A stretch of 32,000 bases of DNA from Halomicrobium mukohataei DSM 12286. Its GTDB lineage: Archaea; Halobacteriota; Halobacteria; Halobacteriales; Haloarculaceae. Shown here in pieces: positions 10,570 through 18,495 of the stretch (position 1 is the stretch's first letter; each line of letters starts with the position of its first letter). The DNA lies in contig NC_013202.1 in the NCBI RefSeq assembly GCF_000023965.1, positions 1,950,001 to 1,982,000 on the forward strand. Reading direction: 5' to 3'. The translations under genes were made by a program, and so were the position numbers. Below the pieces are notes generated by a model that was given only the letters and a program-made list of their open reading frames with translations, was not told where the DNA came from and did not search any database.

Positions 10570-12488
10570 ACGAACCGGAACGTTTCGAGGTTCTTCGGGT
10601 TGTAGGTCCGCATGTTGAACTTCTGGTAGAGCGCCGACGACAGCTGGTTCGTCGACTGTTCGTCGCCGTGGACGCAGATGACTTTCTCGGGACGGGGATG
10701 CATCGTCTCGACGAAGGTCTCCAGTCCCTGCCGGTCGGCGTGGCCGGAGAAGCCGTCGACGGTTTCGATTTCCATTTTCAGCGAGACGCGTTCGGCGCGG
10801 GGCCCGCTGCCGTCCGAGAGCGTGATCTCGTCCTGTCCGCGCTGGATCTGTCGACCGAGAGTCCCCTCTGCCTGGTAGCCGACGAACATCATCGTGTTGT
10901 CCGGGTCGCTACCGAGCAGGCGGAGCCACGACATCACGGGGCCGCCGGTGACCATCCCGGAGGTCGTGAGGATGATACAGGGTTCGTCGTCGGCGATGTC
11001 TTGGCGCATCTCCTGGCCGCCGTCGACCTGCTGGAACTGCTCGGCCAGGAAGGGGTTCTCGTCTTCGTAGAGAATCCGCTGGCGGAGATCGTCGCGGAGG
11101 TACTCGGGATAGGCGGTGTGGATCGCTGTCGCTTCGCGGATCATCCCGTCGAGATAGACGGGCACGGTCGGAATGTCGCCGCTTCGCATCGCCTCTTCGA
11201 GGACGAGCATGAGTTCCTGCGACCGGCCGACGGCGAAGGCCGGAATGAGGATCTTCCCGCCGCGATCGTGGGCTTCGTTGATGGCTTTCTTCAGGACGCG
11301 CTCGGAGTCGGCCTGATCGGTCTGGTAGTCGTTTTTCCCGCCGTAAGTCGATTCGAGCACGAGCGTCTCGACGCGCGGGAAGTCGTTGACGGCTCCGTCG
11401 AGGAGACGGGTGTCGGTGTAGTGGATGTCCCCGGAGAACGCGACGTTGTAGTGGCCGTCGCCGATGTGGAAGTGTGTCACTGCTGCCCCGAGGATGTGTC
11501 CGGCGTTGTGCATCGTGAGCTTGATATCCGGGGCGATGTCGGTGACGTTGCCGTACTCGACGGGGATCGTGTGCTTGAGTGCGTCCCGGACCTGCTGGCT
11601 CTCGTAGGGGGGTGCGCGTCCCTCTTTGGCGGCGACGTCGAGGTAGTCGAGCTGGAGGAGTCCCATCAGGTCTCTGGTCGGCGCGGTGGTGTAGATCGGG
11701 CCGTCGTAGCCGTACTTGAACAGGATCGGGATGAGCGCGGAGTGGTCGAGGTGGGCGTGAGTGAGTACGACCGCGTCGATCGACTGCGGACCGGCCGCGA
11801 GGGCCTCCGGTGCCTGGAGGTAGGGAACCTCTCCTTCTGCGCCGGGCTTGTCGCCACAGTCGATGAGGATGCGCGAATCGGGCGTCGAGAGGATGAAGGC
11901 AGCGCGCCCGACCTCTCGACAGCACCCCAGCGTCGTCAGGCGCACCCAGTCGGCGTCGTCCGTCGTCGGACGGTTGATCTGGCGACCGACGCGTTCGAGG
12001 ATGTCGCGCCGTTCGGTCCGTTCCTGTTTGAGGAAGTTCCGGACGTTCGAGACGGTCGAGGACTCCATCGGTGGTGTTCGGACGACTTCCGGCGTCCAGC
12101 CGACCGACGCCGAGATCTCGTCGAGCGTCTCGCCGTGGCGGCCGATGACGAGGCCGGGCTTTTCGGCTTCGATGAACACTTCGCCGGTGTCGTGGTCGAA
12201 GTCGAGGTTCTGGACGCCCGCGGCGTCCGGGATCGTCGACGAAATCTCTTCGCGGGCGCGCTGCTCGTCGACGAGTGCGCCCTGTGTCGGGCGGACGTTG
12301 ATGCGCTTCTGGAGGGTCTGGGCGAGGTTCGGCACGAGCCGGTCCCTGTTGGCGACCTTCCGCGCGTCGGGCGTGTAGATGACGAGTTCTGGCCCTTCGA
12401 ACGTCACCGAGGCGATCTCGATGTCGTCCGGCGTTTCCTGCTCGACCGTCGTTCGAATCTTCTCAAGTGTCTCGTCTGCGGAACTCAT
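10566..12488 (-). CDS. fttA: aCPSF1/FttA: KH-domain plus metallo-beta-lactamase beta-CASP ribonuclease (archaeal transcription termination factor)
   Basis: 640 aa. N-terminal KH-like repeats, the HAHLDHSA motif, beta-CASP and C-terminal motifs (..GFSGHAD..VHGD..), acidic composition. Confidence 0.95.
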   Translation of the reverse strand: MSSADETLEKIRTTVEQETPDDIEIASVTFEGPELVIYTPDARKVANRDRLVPNLAQTLQKRINVRPTQGALVDEQRAREEISSTIPDAAGVQNLDFDHDTGEVFIEAEKPGLVIGRHGETLDEISASVGWTPEVVRTPPMESSTVSNVRNFLKQERTERRDILERVGRQINRPTTDDADWVRLTTLGCCREVGRAAFILSTPDSRILIDCGDKPGAEGEVPYLQAPEALAAGPQSIDAVVLTHAHLDHSALIPILFKYGYDGPIYTTAPTRDLMGLLQLDYLDVAAKEGRAPPYESQQVRDALKHTIPVEYGNVTDIAPDIKLTMHNAGHILGAAVTHFHIGDGHYNVAFSGDIHYTDTRLLDGAVNDFPRVETLVLESTYGGKNDYQTDQADSERVLKKAINEAHDRGGKILIPAFAVGRSQELMLVLEEAMRSGDIPTVPVYLDGMIREATAIHTAYPEYLRDDLRQRILYEDENPFLAEQFQQVDGGQEMRQDIADDEPCIILTTSGMVTGGPVMSWLRLLGSDPDNTMMFVGYQAEGTLGRQIQRGQDEITLSDGSGPRAERVSLKMEIETVDGFSGHADRQGLETFVETMHPRPEKVICVHGDEQSTNQLSSALYQKFNMRTYNPKNLETFRFV

Positions 12489-12651
12489 GGGTTGAAATCA
12501 ACGATTAGTGGCCGTCAATGGCTGCGAAAACGACGGCAACGGGGGTTCGATAGATGCGGCTATGCTGGGGAGTGGCAAGAACCTTTGCTTCTCGATCCAC
12601 ACACTCGGAGTCCCAGAGTCGGGTCCCACGACGATCTGGCCACGGAGCCGG

Positions 12652-13701
12652 CTATTCGGTGGCCGCTCGGACCACGCGCCCGATCCGATCGATCGCCGCG
12701 TCGACGTCGGCGCGGTCCACGTCGAGGTTGGTACACAGCCGCGTCGTGTACTCGGAGACGCTCCCACAGCGAACGCCACGCGCCACACAGCCCTCGACGA
12801 AGGCGTCGCTGGTGATCCCGGCGGGTTCGCTGTCGACGACGACGATGTTGGTCTCCGGTGTCGGCACGCGGAGGCCGTCTATCGCGTCGAGACCGGTCGC
12901 CAGCCGCCGTGCGTTCTCGTGGTCGTCGGCGAGCCGGTCGACGTTGTCGAGCGCTTCGAGGCCGGGTGCCGCGATCATGCCCGCCTGGCGCATTCCGCCG
13001 CCAAACAGCTTCCGGAGGCGACGGGCCTCGTCGACGAACGACTCGGTGCCCGCGAGGACCGAGCCGACGGGTGCGCCCAGTCCCTTGGAGAGGCAGGCCA
13101 TCACCGAGTCCGCTTCTCGGGCGAGCGCGGCCGGCGCGGTGTCGAGCGCGACCGCGGCGTTCCACAGCCGCGCGCCGTCGAGGTGGACCGGCACGCCGAG
13201 AGCGTGTGCCGCGTCACACGCGGCGTCGACGTGGGATTCGGGGACCGCGACGCCGCCGCGGTAGTTGTGCGTGTTCTCCAGGGTCACCAGACCGGTCCCC
13301 GGTCGGTGCAGGTCCTCGGCGACGAACGCCTCGCTGATCTGTTCGGGGGTCGGTACGCAGCGCTCGCTGGCGTCGACCGTGCGACACTGGACCTGTGCGT
13401 GCTGGGCGGTCCCGCCGAGTTCCCAGCGATAGATGTGTGACTCACGATCCAGCAGGAGTTCCTGTCCCCGTTCGGTGTGGGCCCGGACGGCGATCTGGTT
13501 GCCCATGGTGCCGCTGGGAACGAAGAGCGCGTCGGCTTTCCCGAGCAGACCGGCGGCACGGGCCTCCAGTTCGGCGACGGTGGGATCTTCGCCGTACACG
13601 TCGTCGCCGACTGGGGCGTTGCGGGCGGCCTCCCGCATGGCTGTCGAGGGCCTAGTCACCGTGTCTGATCGGAGGTCGATCGGGTCGTCGTGTCCGGACA
13701 T
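12652..13701 (-). CDS. ltaE: Low-specificity L-threonine aldolase (PLP-dependent, beta-eliminating lyase fold)
   Basis: 349 aa. Contains IDLRSDTVTRPS, GDDVYGEDPT, SGTMGNQ, and CLSKGLGAPVGS (PLP lysine). Confidence 0.9.
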   Translation of the reverse strand: MSGHDDPIDLRSDTVTRPSTAMREAARNAPVGDDVYGEDPTVAELEARAAGLLGKADALFVPSGTMGNQIAVRAHTERGQELLLDRESHIYRWELGGTAQHAQVQCRTVDASERCVPTPEQISEAFVAEDLHRPGTGLVTLENTHNYRGGVAVPESHVDAACDAAHALGVPVHLDGARLWNAAVALDTAPAALAREADSVMACLSKGLGAPVGSVLAGTESFVDEARRLRKLFGGGMRQAGMIAAPGLEALDNVDRLADDHENARRLATGLDAIDGLRVPTPETNIVVVDSEPAGITSDAFVEGCVARGVRCGSVSEYTTRLCTNLDVDRADVDAAIDRIGRVVRAATE

Positions 13702-13704
13702 GGA

Positions 13705-14079
13705 TCAGGCCTGCTGGGCGGCGTCGTCGCTCGGTTCCGTCAGGTGGGCTTTCCCCCACTCGGCCATCGCGTCGATCACTGCTTCGAGCGACGAGCCCCG
13801 TTCTGTCAGGGAGTACTGGACGCGAAACGGCTGTTCGCTGATGACTTCGCGATCGACCAGACCGTGTTCCTGCAGGTCTTCGAGACTGTCCGAGAGGACT
13901 TTGCTGGAGATCCCGTCGACGCTCTCTTTCAGTTCGTTGAACCCGGACGGGCCGTGTTCGAGCAAGCGATGGACCAGTACCGGGTGCCACTTCTTGCCGA
14001 TCACCGACGCCGTCGTCGTGATCGGGCACCACTCCTCGCCGGCACACCACACTTCCAGGGGCTCACTGGCGTCTGTCAT
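13705..14079 (-). CDS. HxlR-family winged-helix transcriptional regulator
   Basis: 124 aa. CPITTTASVIGKKWHPVLVHRLLEHGPSGFNELKESVDGISSKVLSDSLEDLQEHGLVDREV..VQYSLTERG. Its stop lies 3 nt upstream of the threonine aldolase ATG. Confidence 0.88.
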   Translation of the reverse strand: MTDASEPLEVWCAGEEWCPITTTASVIGKKWHPVLVHRLLEHGPSGFNELKESVDGISSKVLSDSLEDLQEHGLVDREVISEQPFRVQYSLTERGSSLEAVIDAMAEWGKAHLTEPSDDAAQQA

Positions 14080-14084
14080 CGTCG

Positions 14085-14118
14085 CACGGTTACGTGGTCC
14101 CCACGGTTATAGTTACGT
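14085..14118 (-). promoter_or_regulatory. Core promoter region of the HxlR-ltaE unit, with repeated motifs (candidate operator)
   Basis: TATA-like AACTATAACC on the minus strand (14104-14113), about 27 nt from ATG 14079. Direct repeat CACGGTTA (14085-14092, 14102-14109), GTTACGT (14089-14095, 14112-14118), and inverted repeat CGTGG-TCC-CCACG (14093-14105). Confidence 0.4.
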
Positions 14119-14214
14119 ATCGTAAGCGGGTTCGGGATGGAAACTCCGGGGGTCGGAGATCACGCATTGCTGGCGGATCGATTGACGAAGAGAGACCGCA
14201 GTGGCCCGGAACGC

Positions 14215-14481
14215 CTACGGTGAGACTGTCGACGCTCGGTAGACCTTCTTGCGGGCGTCGGGCAGAAAGACCTCTTCGGTGACGAGATCGGCTTCCGAGA
14301 GGGTTTCGAGCGCGGCGCGCACCGTTCGTTTCGGGAGCAGCGTCTCCTCGGCCAGCTGTGCCTGCGTCATCGCTCCTTCGCTGTCGAGCACCCAGTGGAC
14401 GAACTTGGCACTCGGCGGTGCGTCTTCGAGGTGGTGGCGCGGCAGTGACTCACCGGTGTCGGACTGTGTCGTTGCGGTCAT
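14215..14481 (-). CDS. Small winged-helix (MarR/ArsR-like) DNA-binding protein
   Basis: ORF 14215-14496. ATG 14481 is favoured by TATA (TATTAAT, 14509-14515) spacing; ATG 14496 is the alternative. Contains ..SAKFVHWVLDSEGAMTQAQLAEETLLPKRTVRAALETLSEADLV.. Confidence 0.7.
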   Translation of the reverse strand: MTATTQSDTGESLPRHHLEDAPPSAKFVHWVLDSEGAMTQAQLAEETLLPKRTVRAALETLSEADLVTEEVFLPDARKKVYRASTVSP

Positions 14482-14570
14482 CCAGTGACCATCCATTGTG
14501 GCTTCTGCATTAATAGCTCTTGGTTACCGCCAGCACACCCGGTCTGACCGACGTGTGGCGCGACGTGCGC

Positions 14571-16562
14571 TCACCCCTCACGTTGTTCGCTGGCGGCCGC
14601 CGCCAGCGCGTCGATCGTCTCCGGATTCTCGATGCTGCTGGTGTCGCCGATCGTCTCGCCGGTGTAGGCACCCGCGACGGCCCGGCGGACGATCTTGCCG
14701 CTCTGTGTCTTGGGGAAGCCGTCGACGAACACGACGTCTCGGGGACGGAACGGCTTGCCGAGTTCGCGACCGACCTGCGAGCGCAGGTCTGCCCGAAGGT
14801 CCTCGCCTGCCTCGACACCGTCTTCGAGGACGACGAACGCGGCGACGGCGGTGCCCGTCGTGTCGTCTGGCACTCCGACGGCGGCGGCCTGATTGACGGC
14901 GTCGTGTGCGATCAGTGCCCCCTCGACCTCTGCGGGGCCGACCTTCCGCCCGGCGACGTTGAGCGCGTCGTCGGCTCGGCCGTGGAGGTACCAGAGTCCG
15001 TCCTCGTCTTTCTGAGCCCAGTCGCCGTGGTCCCAGCAGTCCTCCCACGTCGACCAGTACTCTTCGAGGTAGCGCTCGTCGCCGCTCCACAGGGACTTCG
15101 TCGTGCTGGGACAGGAGTCCCGTGCCACCAGAAAGCCCCGCTCGTGGTCGTCCGCGACGGACTCGCCGGTGCTGTCGACGATGTCGACGTCCATCCCCAG
15201 CCCCGGGCCGCCCAGCGTGCAGGGCTTGAGGGGCTGGATCGGCATCGGCATGAGGAAGCACCCGCAGATCTCGGTGCCGCCGGAGATGTTGATGATCGGG
15301 GTCTCGCCGCCGCCGACGTGCTCGTAGAACCACCGCCAGGACTCGTCGTCCCAGGGTTCGCCCGTCGATCCCAGCAACCGCAGCGACGAGAGGTCGTGGG
15401 CCTCGAGGGGGCCGGTACCGTGCTTGCGAAGCGCACGGATCGCCGTCGGACTGATGCCGAACTGGGTCAGTCCGTGGCGTTCGATCATGTCCCAGAATCG
15501 GTCCGGGCCGGGGTGGTCGGGCGCGCCCTCGTACATGAAGACGGTGCCGCCGAACGTGTGGGTCCCGATCAGCGTCCAGGGGCCCATCATCCAGCCGATG
15601 TCGGAGACCCAGAAGAACCGATCTGCGGGCTGCAGGTCGAACCCGAAGTGTAGTTCCTTCGCCGTCTGCACCTGGACTCCGGCGTGCGTGTGGACGATCC
15701 CTTTGGGTTCGCCGGTGGTCCCAGAAGAGTACAGCAGCATCGACTCGTCGTTCGCGTCGAGGCGCTCGGTCTCGAAGGTCGCGTCGGCGGTTCCGACGGC
15801 GTCGGCCCACCGCTCGTCGCGATCGGTCCATGGGATCTCGTCGACTGCACCCAGGCGGTCGAAGACGACGGTGTCTGTGACGCTGCCGGCCTGCTCGATG
15901 GCCTCGTCGACGGCGTCTTTCAGCCGGATCTCGTCGCCGCGCCGGTAGAATCCGTCGGCGGTAAAGAGCACGGAACAGTCGCTGTCTGCGATCCGGGTCG
16001 CGGTCGCGTCGACGCCGAAACCGGAGAAGATCGGGACGGCGATCGCTCCCAGCTTGAAACAGCCGTACAGGATCGAGACGACTTCGGGGACCATCGGCAT
16101 GTACAGGCCGACCGTGTCCCCCCGCTCGATGCCCCGCTCCCGGAGCGCGTTGGCCACGCGGTTGGCCTGTCGGTGGAGGTCGTGGTACGTGACGTGGCGC
16201 TGCTCGCCGGGTTCGCCCTCCCAGATGCAGGCCACGCGGTTGCGCGCCTCGCTGTCGAGGGCGGCGTGGCGATCCACGACGTTGTGCGCGAGGTTGACGG
16301 TGCCGCCGGGGTACCATCGGGTGAACTGCGGGCCGTCCGTGTCGTCCCGGATCTGGTCGTACGGTTCGTAGAACTCGATGTCGAGGTAGTCGACGATCTC
16401 GTCCCAGAACCAGTCGATCCCGGACGCGGGCTCTCCGTCTACTTGCCCGGTGGTGCGTGCGATCAGTTCCTCGTAGTCGGCGATGTCGTAGGTCCGCATG
16501 AACCGGGCGACGTTTGTCGCCTCGACGAACGCCTCGTCGGGGACGTGGACGAACTCACCCAT
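14571..16562 (-). CDS. AMP-forming acetyl-/short-chain acyl-CoA synthetase family protein
   Basis: The ORF extends to 16721, but the homologous part starts at ATG 16562 (MGEFVHVPDEAF..). Contains IWEGEPGEQRHVTYHDLHRQANRVANAL, YMPMVPE, the AMP-binding motif YSSGTTGEPKGIVHTHAG, and C-terminal PKTQSGKIVRR. Confidence 0.9.
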   Translation of the reverse strand: MGEFVHVPDEAFVEATNVARFMRTYDIADYEELIARTTGQVDGEPASGIDWFWDEIVDYLDIEFYEPYDQIRDDTDGPQFTRWYPGGTVNLAHNVVDRHAALDSEARNRVACIWEGEPGEQRHVTYHDLHRQANRVANALRERGIERGDTVGLYMPMVPEVVSILYGCFKLGAIAVPIFSGFGVDATATRIADSDCSVLFTADGFYRRGDEIRLKDAVDEAIEQAGSVTDTVVFDRLGAVDEIPWTDRDERWADAVGTADATFETERLDANDESMLLYSSGTTGEPKGIVHTHAGVQVQTAKELHFGFDLQPADRFFWVSDIGWMMGPWTLIGTHTFGGTVFMYEGAPDHPGPDRFWDMIERHGLTQFGISPTAIRALRKHGTGPLEAHDLSSLRLLGSTGEPWDDESWRWFYEHVGGGETPIINISGGTEICGCFLMPMPIQPLKPCTLGGPGLGMDVDIVDSTGESVADDHERGFLVARDSCPSTTKSLWSGDERYLEEYWSTWEDCWDHGDWAQKDEDGLWYLHGRADDALNVAGRKVGPAEVEGALIAHDAVNQAAAVGVPDDTTGTAVAAFVVLEDGVEAGEDLRADLRSQVGRELGKPFRPRDVVFVDGFPKTQSGKIVRRAVAGAYTGETIGDTSSIENPETIDALAAAASEQREG

Positions 16563-16593
16563 CGCACTCACCGCCGTCGCGGTCGGCTGTGGA

Positions 16594-16611
16594 ACTCGCC
16601 GTCCGGCGAGT
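16594..16611. promoter_or_regulatory. Perfect 8-bp-arm palindrome, ACTCGCCG-TC-CGGCGAGT
   Basis: Seen directly. It lies 32-49 bp upstream of the acyl-CoA synthetase start codon, in the divergent ACS/CBS intergenic region. Confidence 0.4.
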
Positions 16612-16753
16612 GAATCGCTGGCACATATACAGCCGTTTGACATCCATCGACAATGATTGCTTGGTGAGTCATTGGATACTCGACATTTCCGAACTGGCGA
16701 ACGGTTCTGCCGTGATGGCAACGCATATTAGGCCGACATTGGTACATCTGCAC

Positions 16754-17158
16754 ATGGACGACATTTTTGTCGGACGGCTGATGACATCCGACCCGGTAAC
16801 GGTCTCACCAGATACGCTCGTCGAGGACGCGGCACAGCTGATGATCGACGAATCGATCGGTTCGCTGATCGTCACCGACGACGACAACGACATCCGAGGG
16901 ATCCTCACGTCGACCGACTTCGTGGAGATCGTCAAGGAGAGCGATCCGAAGGCCCAGACGACCGTCGAGCGCTACATGAGCACGGACGTGCTGACGACGA
17001 CCGCACAGGAGCAGATTCAGGCGGTCGCAGACCTGATGCTCGAAGCAGGCATCCACCACGTCCCCGTCGTCGACGAGACCGAGGGCGTCATCGGGATCAT
17101 CTCTACGACGGACCTCACCGCGTACGTCTCGACGGTCCAGACGCCGAGTCCGGCCTGA
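16754..17158 (+). CDS. CBS-domain pair protein
   Basis: ORF 16514-17158. ATG 16754 (MDDIFVGRLMTSDPVTVSPDT..) fits a TATA-like CATATTAGG at 16723-16731; ATG 16715 is the alternative. Two CBS motifs (..IGSLIVTDDDNDIRGILTSTD.. and ..IHHVPVVDETEGVIGIISTTD..). Confidence 0.85.
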   Translation: MDDIFVGRLMTSDPVTVSPDTLVEDAAQLMIDESIGSLIVTDDDNDIRGILTSTDFVEIVKESDPKAQTTVERYMSTDVLTTTAQEQIQAVADLMLEAGIHHVPVVDETEGVIGIISTTDLTAYVSTVQTPSPA

Positions 17159-17267
17159 ACGCTCTCTCTCCTGCGGACTCGCGTCGACCGGACGCTTTCC
17201 CGGACCGGCGGCTGTCCGCGAACGACTCCATTACCCCAGTGGCGACTGTCCCGGCACGGCGACAGTA

Positions 17268-18245
17268 TCAGTCGTCCGTGTCGGCTCGTTCGCTCGCGGT
17301 CGGTTCCCAGACCGTCGCCTCCGAGCGCTGCTCGACGAAGGCGGCGAGCGCGCCGTAGAGACCGATATCGTCGCCCAGTCGGCTGATTCGGATCTCGGGA
17401 CGCTCGACGAACAGGTAGTCGTCGAGGTGCCGATCGATTCCGTCCAACACGACGTGCTCGTTGTTCATCGCGACGCCGCCCCCGACGGTGATCAACCCCG
17501 GGTTGAGAGCGTTACAGATGGCACCGATCCCGGCCGCGTTGTACCGCGCGACGCGATCGAGAAAGGACTGGGCGAACGCGTCCCCCTCCGATGCGGCCCT
17601 GAACACGTCTTGTGCCGTCACCTCGGTGTCGAGAGTCGTCTCCGGCTCCTCGGCGACGATGCGTCTGGACACGGTCCGAGCGATCCCACGTCCAGAGCAG
17701 AACGCCTCCCACGCGCCCGTGACGCCCGTACTCTCCACTTCGCTGTCGGGTGCGACCGGGAGCAAACCGAACTCACCGGCCTGGGCCGACTCGCCCCGGA
17801 CGAGCCGGCCGTCGTCGACGACGCCGCCGCCGATGCCGGTGCCGAACGTGACGTGGACGAGGGTGTCGACGTCGTCGCGAGAGCCGTACTGCCACTCGCC
17901 CAGCACGGCGGCGTTGCAGTCGTTTTCGACGACGACCGGGAGACCGTGTGCCTCGTGGATCGCCCGGCCGGCTTCGATCCGATCGACGGTGTCGCCGTCG
18001 GTCGTGTCCAACTCGTCGATCTGCGCTCTGTTTCTGTCGACGAGGCCGGTACAGGAGATGGCGACCCCAGAGAGCGGTTCCGTCGCCGCCGCGGTCAGAT
18101 CCGCGACGGCGTCGACGAGCTGGCGCTCCAGGTCGTACGGCCGGGTCGGTTCGACGGTCACGTCCGTGACGATATCTCCGTTCGGGACCGCGACTCCGTA
18201 CCGAAAGTTCGTGCTTCCGATCCCGAACACGGCGACCTGATCCAT
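17268..18245 (-). CDS. ROK-family sugar kinase (glucokinase-like)
   Basis: ORF 17268-18269. ATG 18245 (MDQVAVFGIGSTNFRYG..) is preferred. Contains ENDCNAAVLGE, GTGIGGGVV, and GAWEAFCSGRG. Confidence 0.85.
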   Translation of the reverse strand: MDQVAVFGIGSTNFRYGVAVPNGDIVTDVTVEPTRPYDLERQLVDAVADLTAAATEPLSGVAISCTGLVDRNRAQIDELDTTDGDTVDRIEAGRAIHEAHGLPVVVENDCNAAVLGEWQYGSRDDVDTLVHVTFGTGIGGGVVDDGRLVRGESAQAGEFGLLPVAPDSEVESTGVTGAWEAFCSGRGIARTVSRRIVAEEPETTLDTEVTAQDVFRAASEGDAFAQSFLDRVARYNAAGIGAICNALNPGLITVGGGVAMNNEHVVLDGIDRHLDDYLFVERPEIRISRLGDDIGLYGALAAFVEQRSEATVWEPTASERADTDD

Positions 18246-18269
18246 ACACCATTCCATCCGTTCAGTCAA

Positions 18270-18278
18270 CTTAAGTAT
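18270..18278 (-). promoter_or_regulatory. TATA-like box (ATACTTAAG on the minus strand) for the ROK kinase gene
   Basis: Centred about 27-29 nt upstream of ATG 18245. Confidence 0.4.
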
Positions 18279-18461
18279 CCTTCCGTTAGCGACTGTCCGG
18301 TCCCGGTGGGGGCCGGCAGGCGTCGCCTACGCCGTCTCGACTGAGGACCGTCCCGACCGGACGAGTCCCTGGGCCGACACGTATCAGTCGCAGCCGCTTC
18401 CAGACGCATGTATCCTTCGGGTAGCCGCTCTATACCGGAGATTGCGAACCCGTACTGCATC

Positions 18462-18469
18462 TTTAAGTA
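18462..18469 (+). promoter_or_regulatory. TATA-like box (TTTAAGTA) for the DUF1508-repeat gene
   Basis: Centred about 30 nt upstream of ATG 18496. Confidence 0.4.
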
Positions 18470-18495
18470 TCACGTGGTCGATATTCATTGTAGAT

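Noticed and set aside
10668-12815. 715-aa ORF on the + strand (also 10909-11925 on -, 11848-12378 on +).
   Set aside because: These ORFs are antisense to, or out of frame with, the clearly homologous aCPSF1 gene. The products are Arg/Gly/Val/Asp-rich with no motifs, the usual shadow ORFs of high-GC DNA.
14520-16613. ORFs 14520-15653 (+), 14578-16317 (-), 15684-16613 (+) and several shorter ones over the acyl-CoA synthetase gene.
   Set aside because: They are shadow ORFs. Only the 14571-16562 frame carries AMP-binding motifs.
16563-16721. N-terminal extensions offered by the ORF track (ACS to 16721, fusion protein to 29856, 31040 gene to 31684, zinc finger to 24996, CBS from 16514, DUF1508 gene from 18442, BolA from 9888, Grx from 10201).
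   Set aside because: The extended parts are Arg/Ser/Cys-rich and atypical, some begin at non-ATG codons, and some overlap neighbouring genes or promoters. Internal ATGs sit about 27 nt downstream of TATA-like boxes and begin the homologous sequence.
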